A stretch of 63,485 nucleotides of DNA, filler included, from Octopus bimaculoides (taxonomy: Eukaryota): NCBI RefSeq assembly GCF_001194135.2. It is 9 parts of 9 records of this genome, joined end to end, with 100 filler letters (N's around TTAATTAATTAA, not from the genome) between each part and the next. Parts side by side here need not be neighbours in the genome. Positions count along the whole stretch, not along the records: positions 1 to 5,917 come from NW_026429309.1; positions 6,018 to 9,919 come from NC_068984.1; positions 10,020 to 17,645 come from NW_026396316.1; 6 more parts are not named here. The stretch is one strand, 5' to 3'. The notes beneath the pieces were generated by a model that was not told the DNA's origin, made no database searches, and saw only the letters and a program-made list of their open reading frames with translations. Both the position numbers and the translations under genes were made by a program. Each line of letters begins with the position of its first letter. The stretch's first letter is position 1. Of the stretch, positions 1 to 10,724 are shown piece by piece.

Positions 1-1070
1 CATAGCGATGTGGACCGCCTATACCTAAAACGAAATAAAGGAGGGAGGGGCCTAACATCAATTCAGACTGCCTTTGAATGCTGTGTCATATCTCTTCGAC
101 ATCATCTCATAACCACTAAGTGTCGAAGTGCACCCCTTGATGAAGTCTGCAGACATGAGGTAAATACCATCACGAGATTGGGAAGGCAACTACTTGACAA
201 GCATTCCTTATTCGACAACCCTGAACTCTTACCCAAAGAAATTGCAAGACTCTACCGTAATATAACATCAGAGGAGAGGATGAATGTATTCCAACAGAAG
301 ACCATGCATGGATACGTTAACAGAAAGCTCCAGGGTAATAACAACATTGACAACCAGAGCAGTCTATCGTGGACAAACAATCGGGTCACCAACTCTCACT
401 TTGAAGGGTATGCCTTTGCTATCCAAGAATAAGAAATAGCAACCAAATTCCTAATAAACAAACGGGACAGAGAGGCGGGCAAAGCGCCACAATGTAATAA
501 CCGATGCAGACTCTGTGGAATCAGTATCGAAGATATCACCCACATCATCAGCAGCTGTCCAAAAATGTCATCACGGTATTACCTACCTATGAGACATGAT
601 GTTGTGACCAAGACACTGTACAATGAAATCCACCGACAGGATAACCCCGGGGCTAAGGAGATGAAAACCCATAATGAGGTAGAGGCCATTACCACTCATA
701 ATATGAAAGAGTATTGGTAGAATGTCCCAATAAAAACCTCAATAAAATGCAGACATAATAGACCGGATATAGTAATCTGGGACAGAGACGATAAACTATG
801 TACAGTAGTAGAAATCAGCTGTCCTGCTTAGAGTAAAAGAGAACAACTACACCGAGCTACTGAGAAATTTGCAGATATTCCACCCAGACTACAAGTTCAG
901 ATTCATACCTATGATTGTTGGGGCATTGGGATATGTAACGAACTGCCTCAACAAAAACCAGGAAAAACTTAGGGTTCTCAAGACCTGAAAGAAAAAGGCT
1001 GATTAGAAGACTACAGATTCAAGCCATCAATGGAACTGTAAAGATATATGTAAAACTTTCCAAAAGTTTA
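1..1070 (+). mobile_element. Non-LTR retrotransposon with restriction-like endonuclease (Dong/R4-like), 3' part of ORF, decayed
   Basis: Translates to RT C-terminus DRLYLKRNKGGRGL, zinc knuckle CRLC..HIISSC, RHD motif and RLE motif RPDIVIWD..VVEISCP, with in-frame stops (430-432, 718-720) and frameshifts. Confidence 0.85.
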
Positions 1071-1073
1071 GCA

Positions 1074-1392
1074 CATAAATACATATGCATGCATCCAGAC
1101 ATGAAAATATATACATAAAAACGCATCCATAAAACAAACATACATATCTGCGCATAAATACATATGCACACGCCTAGACATGAAAATATATACATAGAAA
1201 CGCATCCATAAAACAAACATACAAATCTGCGCATAAATACATATGCACACGCCTAGACATGAAAATATATACATAGAAACGCATCCATAAAACAAACATA
1301 CAAATCTGCGCATAAATACATATGCCCACGCCTAGACATGAAAATATATACATAGAAACGCATCCATAAAACAAACATACAAATCTGCGCAT
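1074..1392. repeat. 79-bp tandem repeat, 4 copies
   Basis: Unit starting CATAAATACATATGC recurs at 1074, 1153, 1232 and 1311. It explains the overlapping minus-strand ORFs at 1019-1438. Confidence 0.95.
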
Positions 1393-1578
1393 ACACTAAC
1401 ACCAAATACTGCACACATACACATATGCACAAATACATAGATGATATTGATAAAAGTTCTAATGAAGGAGCCTTGAATCTATTTTAGAGTCCGGCTCTTT
1501 CTCTATGGACAAGAAATACAGAAATGAAACTGATTGATAACATACATACATATATACATTAAATATATAAAATTAAAT

Positions 1579-1777
1579 TCAGTCGCCACATCAAAGTGGC
1601 TGTTCCGTGTTACTACTAGTTTAACCTCAGGCAAATCTTCCACCCAACTGGTTATCGGTGCGATACTGCACTCTCTATATACAATATGTACTGCTAGCAG
1701 GGGGACAAAACAACCATCGGACACTGATTTGCAACAAGTATAGTAACATGGAACAGCCACTTTTATGTAGCGACTGA
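1579..1777. repeat. 37-bp inverted repeat pair (MITE-like/fold-back)
   Basis: 1579-1615 is the reverse complement of 1741-1777 with 3 mismatches. Confidence 0.75.
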
Positions 1778-1871
1778 CTTTTAGTATAGTCGCTATACCT
1801 TTAGTATAGTTACAATATTATAACTCGTAAGTTATCTCATCATTTCGCATTTGTCTTGCTGCTATATGTTG

Positions 1872-1960
1872 GTTCCCTGACGATGAATATATATGGAATT
1901 CCAGCAGCTCTTACTTCTTTGGAGTAGAGCACACATATATTTTGAAACATGTGTAGGAAT
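1872..1960 (+). ncRNA. Decayed type I hammerhead ribozyme motif (PLE pseudo-LTR type)
   Basis: GUUCC-CUGACGA-U-long helix II-GAAAC-AUGU-GUA-GGAAU. Helix I is GUUCC/GGAAU. Position 11.1 is U rather than C. Confidence 0.55.
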
Positions 1961-2748
1961 TAAAGGAACTTTTATTTATATGCGTTTCGCTTCATTTATT
2001 GTTACTATTCATATCTACTCAAAATGCATCACTTCAACTTGGTATCTCTACCTATAAAACAGGTGTGATATCCTAGTTTTTTGTGTAATTTTTGCTACCC
2101 AGGGTAACTATTAACATATTTACATTGTCAAAGGTTTTTTTTAAAACTGAGATAATATTAATATATACATAAACTTATATATATATATANNNNNNNNNNN
2201 NNNNNNNNNNNNNNNNNNNNNNNNNNNNNNNNNNNNNNNNNNNNNNNNNNNNNNNNNNNNNNNNNNNNNNNNNNNNNNNNNNNNNNNNNNNNNNNNNNNN
2301 NNNNNNNNNNNNNNNNNNNNNNNNNNNNNNNNNNNNNNNNNNNNNNNNNNNNNNNNNNNNNNNNNNNNNNNNNNNNNNNNNNNNNNNNNNNNNNNNNNNN
2401 NNNNNNNNNNNNNNNNNNNNNNNNNNNNNNNNNNNNNNNNNNNNNNNNNNNNNNNNNNNNNNNNNNNNNNNNNNNNNNNNNNNNNNNNNNNNNNNNNNNN
2501 NNNNNNNNNNNNNNNNNNNNNNNNNNNNNNNNNNNNNNNNNNNNNNNNNNNNNNNNNNNNNNNNNNNNNNNNNNNNNNNNNNNNNNNNNNNNNNNNNNNN
2601 NNNNNNNNNNNNNNNNNNNNNNNNNNNNNNNNNNNNNNNNNNNNNNNNNNNNNNNNNNNNNNNNNNNNNNNNNNNNNNNGTTGACATAGGAATAAATTTC
2701 AATAATAATGGATATTAGCGTCAAAACTCTCCTTTAAATTTAAAATTT

Positions 2749-2785
<37 letters not shown>

Positions 2786-2789
2786 TTAT

Positions 2790-3611
2790 ATATAGTAAAT
2801 GAACGACAGAAGAAGGAATATACGAGAATTTATTATTAATCACAACAATTGTTTCGACACATTTAACATCAATACCTCTTGGATGGGACACTCAACAACT
2901 AATTCAGGAGCATCCGGTGGTGCAGATGTATCTCGTCGGCTGATAGATAAATACAACTCGTCAAAATGGCTGTTCTGCAATATAACTTAGCGTCTTGTAG
3001 AGAGAAAAGCAGCCAGATGGAGGAAACATCTTCATTTATATAGATCAAAAATAAAATCGCAGATGGCAAAAAGAGAAACGAACACCCAATCCAGTGAGAA
3101 AAGTATTAAAAATAACCGTTAACAGATATGGATGTATAAATACCCTTGGGCAAGCTGTATGGTGAGAGTACATTCACTCATACAAGCATCCGCAAAAATG
3201 TGAGCATACGCACGCGTGAGGTTTTGTGCACTTATGATCAGAAAGCGAGTTATCTACTTACCGCGACTCCACTTACTGTGTTGTTACCGTGCGAGTTGTA
3301 GTATTTCATAAGTATTTCTACTACTAAAAATTGGTCGTAGTTGGTTTTTATCAATGCGGTTTACATCTCGTTGGTTGGTATATAGATGCAAATGCTCACT
3401 GGATCTAGTAGGTAGGTTATTGAACATTCACCGCATTGTGCTATTGTTTATGCGATGCATAAACTGCTCTAAATTAGCAGAGTTGGCGTGGAATACATTC
3501 ACGGTGTGTCGATTAAAAATAGCATGACACTGATTAGATTTAGGAAGACACTTATCCAAAGGAGCAAAAGATTTTCCAGCGATCTTGGTTGAAACATGCA
3601 AACCAAAATCG
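2790..3611 (-). mobile_element. Penelope-like element remnant (RT/EN linker fragment plus 3' terminal repeat)
   Basis: Minus strand reads HVSTKIAGKSFAPLDKCLPKSNQCHAIFNRHTVNVFHANSANLEQFMHRINN (PLE linker-like), followed by a UTR containing a hammerhead-like motif. Confidence 0.65.
2839..2944 (-). ncRNA. Decayed type I hammerhead ribozyme motif
   Basis: AUCAG-CCGACGA-GAUACAU...AUGUGUC-GAAAC-AAUU-GUU-GUGAU. 7-bp helix II with G10.1-C11.1 and palindromic helix III (AACAAUUGUU). U4 is replaced by C. Confidence 0.5.
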
Positions 3612-4140
3612 TTGTCTGTAGTTCATTTTTCTAACGTCCTGTACACTGATATGCATCTATATACACATGTAGATGTAAGTATGTACATATATGTGGGTAT
3701 ACATGCATAAATATTCTTTGTATTATATANNNNNNNNNNNNNNNNNNNNNNNNNNNNNNNNNNNNNNNNNNNNNNNNNNNNNNNNNNNNNNNNNNNNNNN
3801 NNNNNNNNNNNNNNNNNNNNNNNNNNNNNNNNNNNNNNNNNNNNNNNNNNNNNNNNNNNNNNNNNNNNNNNNNNNNNNNNNNNNNNNNNNNNNNNNNNNN
3901 NNNNNNNNNNNNNNNNNNNNNNNNNNNNNNNNNNNNNNNNNNNNNNNNNNNNNNNNNNNNNNNNNNNNNNNNNNNNNNNNNNNNNNNNNNNNNNNNNNNN
4001 NNNNNNNNNNNNNNNNNNNNNNNNNNNNNNNNNNNNNNNNNNNNNNNNNNNNNNNNNNNNNNNNNNNNNNNNNNNNNNNNNNNNNNNNNNNNNNNNNNNN
4101 NNNNNNNNNNNNNNNNNATATATATATATATATATATATA

Positions 4141-5400
4141 GGAATCAGAATGTCCGCTGGTTCAACCCGATTTTGGTTTGCATGTTTCAACCAAGATCGC
4201 TGGAAAATCTTTTGCTCCTTTGGATAAGTGTCTTCCTAAATCTAATCATTTCACTTAGACTTTCTAGATTATCTGCTAATGTTGATATCTTCAACGATAA
4301 AGCCGAATTTCATAACTCTGCCTCACTTAAAGCAGGCTATAAAGGGAAAATTACCTATATTAACCCTATTGACATTGATTCTGCCTGTGTTGATCAAGAA
4401 ATGAAAACACATCATAACGGTAATAACGATATAAATTTTAGTTCGAATAACAATACTAAATCGAAAAATTTGATTTTGCAACGTAACTGAGATAGCCATT
4501 TTTTATATCCCTTTATATGCAATAAAAATAAGTCTAGAACTTTTAAAGATAATTACCCTAATAACAAGGTATGTCCTAGTAAAACTGTTTGGTTGGTAAT
4601 TCTATATGGTAAGCAGATCAAGTCCAACATCCTTTACCAGTTTCCGGAAGCTATAGATGAGAATTTTCAAAAAAATTCCAGATACCATACCATTTTCAAT
4701 TCACACCGAAATAGGATAGGGTTTTCAAACACCCAAAACTTTTCACAAATCATCTCTTCGCATAACAATTTGTTAAATACAAATCCACTTAATGAAAATA
4801 ATAACATTGATATTATTAACGCTAACCATTCTTTGAACAATAATAACAACAACATTAATATTTCTGATATAAATTCGAATCGTATTCGTTTCCTTGGCAG
4901 TAATTCTAAGTCGAGGAACTCTGTTTATTAATGCAAAATTATTTCCGGTTCTTATGTCATTTTCATATATATAGGTAGCTCATCGTCTCAGTTGTTGAAA
5001 CGAATATCTAACCATCACTCAACATTTAGATATATCAATAAGCGCTACAATACTGGGCTTAGTAAATTAATTTGGTCTCTAAAGGAATATAATAAACAAT
5101 TCAATTTGGAATGGAAAATTCTATCTAGATTCTTCCTATATGACAAAGGTAAATCTTTTTTATCCGCTCTGAAATGAAAAACAATTTCTCATCATTTTCT
5201 CGGAGAATACTCTTGTAAACACGTTTAAAGAAAGCGTTTATCGTTGTAAACTTTAGCAAAGACATACCTTTAGTTCCTATAAGTAATTTCTACCAATCTA
5301 TAAAATTCGACCTTTAACTGCCTTCTTATATTTCATTTCCCCTACATATATCTATTTCCACGCTTTTAAGCTTTATTCCCATTCATCTATCTCACTATAA
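4141..5400 (+). mobile_element. Penelope-like element remnant (RT C-terminus, linker, GIY-YIG endonuclease)
   Basis: LSRLSANVDIFN..AGYKGKITY; YHTIFNSHRNRIGFSNTQNFSQIISSHNNLL; YIGSSSSQLLKRISNHHSTFR..TGLSKLIWSLKE..WKIL. These are typical PLE motifs, frameshifted. Confidence 0.8.
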
Positions 5401-5917
5401 TTTTCCACTCTTAATTTTCTGTTAATTTCTTTCTTTCTCATCCTCCACTAAATTACCTTTGGCGTTAAATTTATTATTCAGCATATACGACGTGATCATA
5501 TTCAGTTAAAATGGCTTGCTAATGCGTTTTGTTTCACTTTCTTTCCTTGACGAGATGGTTGCATTTTTTTTACATCATTTTTGTTCCCTCTGGAATAATA
5601 TCAGTGTTTTCTTTGAAACATATATTGGAAGTATAAATGATTTGAATAACACCTGCATTTGAGTCCATTTCTTAATTTATCTATGTTATACAAAAACATT
5701 TCACTCAACACTGGAATTTCTACCTTTATAAGTAGGCTGTAATATATTTGGCACTTAAGTGAAATTTTGCTAGCCTGGTAACCATTTATCTATTTTTTCC
5801 GTGTTATTTAAACACGTTAAAAACATACACATACACTTATATACTTATATATATATATACTTAGATATATATATATATGTCTATATTTATGTATACTTAT
5901 ATATACTTATATATATA

Positions 5918-6017
5918 NNNNNNNNNNNNNNNNNNNNNNNNNNNNNNNNNNNNNNNNNNNNTTAATTAATTAANNNNNNNNNNNNNNNNNNNNNNNNNNN
6001 NNNNNNNNNNNNNNNNN
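5918..6017. other. Artificial assembly linker N44-TTAATTAATTAA-N44 (first of eight)
   Basis: The same 12-mer flanked by N runs occurs at 5962, 9964, 17690, 30991, 44391, 50831, 55733 and 61691 (44 N each side where counted). It has stop codons in all six frames. Confidence 0.95.
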
Positions 6018-6387
6018 GGCGAGGAGGAGGCGGCGGCGATGTTGGCCGACGCCAGGAAGGAAGACGAGATAGATAATGAGGTTCGTGGAGCCGCAAAGCG
6101 TGCAGCACCGTCGGCCTAGCGCACTGTATTCGGGCGGACGCAGGCTGGGTGAAAACTGCGCGGTCGGCAGCTACTACTACTACAGCAGAGAGAGAATGAG
6201 AAGGAAGCATAACGACAGCGGGAACGCGCTCGGTGGTGCATCAGCATGGCCGCAGCTCTGAGCTGAAACTTTGAAATGAAATGAAATATGTAAACCCTCA
6301 CACGTTACGCCTGTCTCTGTATTGTCCCCCTCATCTTTCATTCTTGTGGTAAATAAATGAAATCATCATTATTATTATTATTTTTCA

Positions 6388-6550
6388 AGGCAGTGAGCTG
6401 ACAGAATCATGAGCATGCTGGACAAATTCCACCAAAGTTGACTTTGCCTTTCATCCTTGATAAATTAAGTACCAGCCAAGTACTGGGGACGATGTGATCG
6501 ACTTATTCACTCCCACCCAAATTTCAAGCCTTGTACCTATAGGAGAAAGG
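6388..6550 (+). mobile_element. tRNA-derived SINE with Deu/Nin-type core, internally deleted
   Basis: Head GGCAGTGAGCTGACAGAATC; core GACTTTGCCTTTCATCCTT..GATAAATTAAGTACCAG; ATT tail. Confidence 0.75.
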
Positions 6551-6567
6551 ATTATTATTATTGTTTT

Positions 6568-6790
6568 GCAGGGTCTGTTGGCAGAATTGTTAGAACATGA
6601 GACAAAATGTTATGTGGCATTTTTTCCAACTCAATGTTTTTCTGTTGGAATGCGACAAGTTTCAAAGTTTCAACGTTACCTTTCATCTTTTCTGGGTCAA
6701 CAAAATAAGTAACAGTTGAACACTGGGGTCAATTTAATTGACTTATACCACCCTAAAGTTGCTGGCCTTGTGCTAAGAATTTGACAACAT
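6568..6790 (+). mobile_element. Deu/Nin-type SINE, diverged copy
   Basis: Colinear with the copies at 6388, 41095 and 56697 (CCTTTCATCTTTTCTGGGTCAACAAAATAAGTAACAG..CACTGGGGTCAAT). Confidence 0.65.
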
Positions 6791-8234
6791 TATTATTGTT
6801 ATTGCTACAATCACCATCAAATTGTTGTCACTATATGTATTTTGACACGCTTTTCTGAGTTGTTTTGTTTAATGCAAATATTGTCACATTTGCTTTTGCT
6901 TTCTATGTAATTTTGTGTACATGGGCCTGTTCCCACAACCTATGTGGTAACTTATGAAGGAACAAACAAAAATTTGATAAACATTATCAGATGCAATATA
7001 TCATCAATAAACCAATAAAAATAACAAGAAATTGCTGCTATGTGTAGAAGATATTGCTTCAAGACCTCACCTTCAGAGATCAAGAGAAATTTAAGAATGT
7101 AATACATGACAAGATAAAATTTAACACCACAAAATGCAACACAATAATCCAAACAGAATTAGTTCCTGCATGCAAGCTTTTATTTAGCTACAGGATTAAA
7201 TAAAATACTGCATGTAAACTGATAAAAACTATCATCAGAGGGCCAAATACTTAAATAACAGAATATACACCTTTTATATTGAAGATAACACAGATGACAA
7301 TAGCTAATCTTTCCAATAAGCTAAAATACACACCACATATTGCTGGGACTCACAAAATAAACACTATTGAAAGGCAGCAGAAAATTGTGTACAATAGCCT
7401 TTAAAATGGTGAATATTTATCTGTAGTAAGAGACTACACAGCGAGTTTAGAAAATCTGATAGTATTTAAACCAACCTTTTGAAAATTATTGATAAGTTTT
7501 CTTCAGAAATGTGGACAATACATCCAGCAGAATGGGAATATTTAGGATTTTCTGTTATTATCAATAAATAAGGAGAAAGAAAAAAAAATAGAATTACAGG
7601 TAATAGATATACTTAACAGAACAATAAACATGGAAAATATGATTCTGTTTAAGTATTTACATAAGATGTCAAAGTTGCCCTGAGTAATTTTGGTAATTCA
7701 AATTGACAATATTCCAAATTAGTGAGTGCTCTAGTTCAAGATACTTCACAATGAACTAACATAGAAGAGTTCAGTGAGTTGATTTGCTGCAAGCAGTGAA
7801 AGACTCTAATGTTTCAAGCACTTGTCCTCCTCCTTCTTCCTTTGTGTGTGTGTATGAAAGACAGAGAAGGGGAGAGGGGATATAGAGAAGAAAAGGACAA
7901 GAGAGAGAGAAAGAGCAAATACATTGAAGTGGTATTGTCTTGTTGCAAGAGTGAATGAAAAAGTGAGTAAAGTAGTGAAAGTAGGGATGCAATGCAATGC
8001 ATTGATGTTAGGAAGTGAAAGAGAAAATAAACACAAGTGAGAGGTAGTGTGAGTAGTGTGTGTGCACGATGAGCAATGAAGAAGGAAGTAAAGACTGAGA
8101 AGAGCCAAGTTTAATAATAATATCCAAGTCAGCTGAAGTGTAAGGGAGGTGGTGAGGATCAAGACAAGGTAAGTAAGAATACAGAAAAAAAGGGAAAAGG
8201 TTGACAAAAGGTCACACAAACAATAACATAGAGG

Positions 8235-8270
<36 letters not shown>

Positions 8271-8488
8271 GTTTTCGAGAAAAGAACCAAGGTTCATGAA
8301 CTCATCAACGAAAATCCACAGTCACATATAGAAAAATTAATAATTAATAATTTTATTATCTTTATCTTATGATATTTACTTTATATTATATTATACTCAT
8401 TTATTGTGCTTTTAATTATTAATTTTTCTATATGTGACAGTGGATTTTCATCGATGAGTTCATGAAGCTTGGTTCTTTTCCCTAAAAC
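8271..8488. mobile_element. MITE-like fold-back element with ~77-bp terminal inverted repeats and TA flanks
   Basis: 8271-8347 vs 8412-8488 are reverse complements (~90% identical). TA lies on both sides (8269-8270, 8489-8490). Confidence 0.85.
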
Positions 8489-9605
8489 TATATATTCATA
8501 TATATTTTACTCTGTAAAGCTCAATTTAGTTTTAATTTTTTATAAATTGATTTTAATTGAGTTTTTACCTGTGATTTTGGATTTTGTCCCTAATATTATT
8601 ATATATATATAGTAAGAAAGGAGAGGGGCAGAACGGAATAATAGATGAGTCTTGATCAGTAAGGAGTAATTAGAGTTGTTAAAAAAAAAAAATGGCTAAT
8701 GATCGGAGATGGCTTTCACAGAAATATATAGTAGATTGTAAGAGGAAATGCAGAGTAAATGTAGAATAGGTATTATAAATGAACTGTAAATAAGCATGCA
8801 TTGCTCATATGTTACACATTGTATATACAGTCATATTTGCAGTGTATGTAAACAACTGTACATTCCTGAACATGCAAAGTTATATACTAAGAAAGTTTAT
8901 ACATAAAATTTAAACAAAGTTGTTGGTATGCGTTGTGTCATTCACAAAACAAGTGAAAGTGTGGCACTCACTTGCAAGTGACAGCCAAGCTAAGCTCAGC
9001 ACCGTCATCAATACAATTTAAGAATTACCCAATAATCTGTAGCATTGTAACAGAAAATTCTAGATATTGACATAATATATAACAAAAGAAGCTATAAGTT
9101 GAGGATGTCTCAACTTATAGTTTACTCAGCCTACTAGAAATAGCAAAAGTGGCTTCATATCACATCTTGCCCTGTCATTTTAAAAATTTGTGAGAACACG
9201 TTTAATAATGTGTTTCTAGACATGCTGTATCTGAATACATCTGTGCTGGAACCCTCTTTCTGCCTTTTCTACCACTACTACAATGGTCTGTTCCTCGGAA
9301 ATCACTGCTAACAATATTACTAAAACATTGTTTTTTAAAAGATGGTGAGGATTTCAAGAGAAATGTAGTAAACTATACAGCAGAATTAGAGAGGACTCAC
9401 AAAGAAAAGATTTAGAGTCAGAATAGAACATATCTTCAGCTTCAAACAAATGTTCTTTTATTCTTTTATTTGTTTCAGTCATTTGACCATGGTCATATGG
9501 GAGCACCGCATTATTCACCAAATGTACTGGATGCCTATTTGAAATGAGTTAAAATATATTTGAATGTTGTGCTCTAACAGAACTTATAATATATCGCCAA
9601 GGAAG

Positions 9606-9919
9606 TATGACACCCTCTTGCAAATTCTATGACACCCTCTTGCAAACTACCTCGTCGACGAGTGACAGGGACCTTCTCTTTGTGGCTGGAGACTTCAACG
9701 GTCATGTCGGACGTCGTGCTGGGGGCTTCCATGGCATACATGGAGGCTATGGCTTCGGTTCCCGCAACGAGGAGGGAACCAGACTGCTGGAGTTCTGTGA
9801 TGCAACCAATCTTATGGTCTGCAATACCAACTTCAGGAAACCTGCCAGTCACCTAGTCACCTACCGCTCCGGCAGACACTCTAGCCAAATCGACTACATC
9901 CTCGCCAGAAATAGGGAAA
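9606..9919 (+). mobile_element. RTE-clade LINE apurinic endonuclease fragment, 5'-truncated and cut by a gap
   Basis: VAGDFNGHVG..GYGFGSRNEEGTRLLEFCDATNLMVCNTNFRK..HLVTYRSG..SQIDYIL. Confidence 0.9.
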
Positions 9920-10019
9920 NNNNNNNNNNNNNNNNNNNNNNNNNNNNNNNNNNNNNNNNNNNNTTAATTAATTAANNNNNNNNNNNNNNNNNNNNNNNNN
10001 NNNNNNNNNNNNNNNNNNN

Positions 10020-10608
10020 GCTACTGGTGGTGGTGGTGGTGGTGGTTGTAATGACAAAGATGCGGTAATTGTTACTATTGATATTTTTGTTGTTGTTGTT
10101 GGGGTGATAGTTCTAGAAGCGAAGTCACCGCTGTTGTTATTGGTGTTTGGCGATTGTGATGATGACGATTATGACGCGATTCTTGTACAACTGCCGTGAC
10201 AATCGTGATAATGGTCGTCGTGGCGCTGGTAGTGATGGTAGCAATGATGGTGGCTTTGGTGTTGTTGCTGTTGTTAATGTAGTTGTTGTTGGTAGTGGTG
10301 GTGAAATAGTATTCGTATAACGGTGACGGTTTTATGGTGATGGTGCTCTAGTTGTTGTTGGCGATGGTGAAGAGGCGCTTGTATAATTGTAGTGATGACG
10401 ATGAAGCTGGTGGCAGTAGCGGTGGTAGTGGCGGTGGTGGTAGTGGTGGTGGCGGCGACGGCAGCGGTGGTGGTGGTGTCACTAACGATGGTTGCAATGG
10501 TGGTAGTGATGATTTACATGGGTGTACAATGGTTGTTAATAATGGTGTTGATGTTGTCTCCCAGACTGTGGTTTGTGAAACTAGATAATAATAATAATAA
10601 TGATGATA

Positions 10609-10666
<58 letters not shown>

Positions 10667-10686
10667 CGATGATGATGATGATGATG

Positions 10687-10724
<38 letters not shown>

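Noticed and set aside
1019-1438. Four near-identical minus-strand ORFs (MRRFVCLF..) and a CRISPR-like regular spacing
   Set aside because: This is the antisense of a head-to-tail 79-bp tandem repeat, with no unique spacers and no cas genes.
7790-7850. GAAAC..GUC on the minus strand resembling a hammerhead 3' half
   Set aside because: No CUGANGA upstream.
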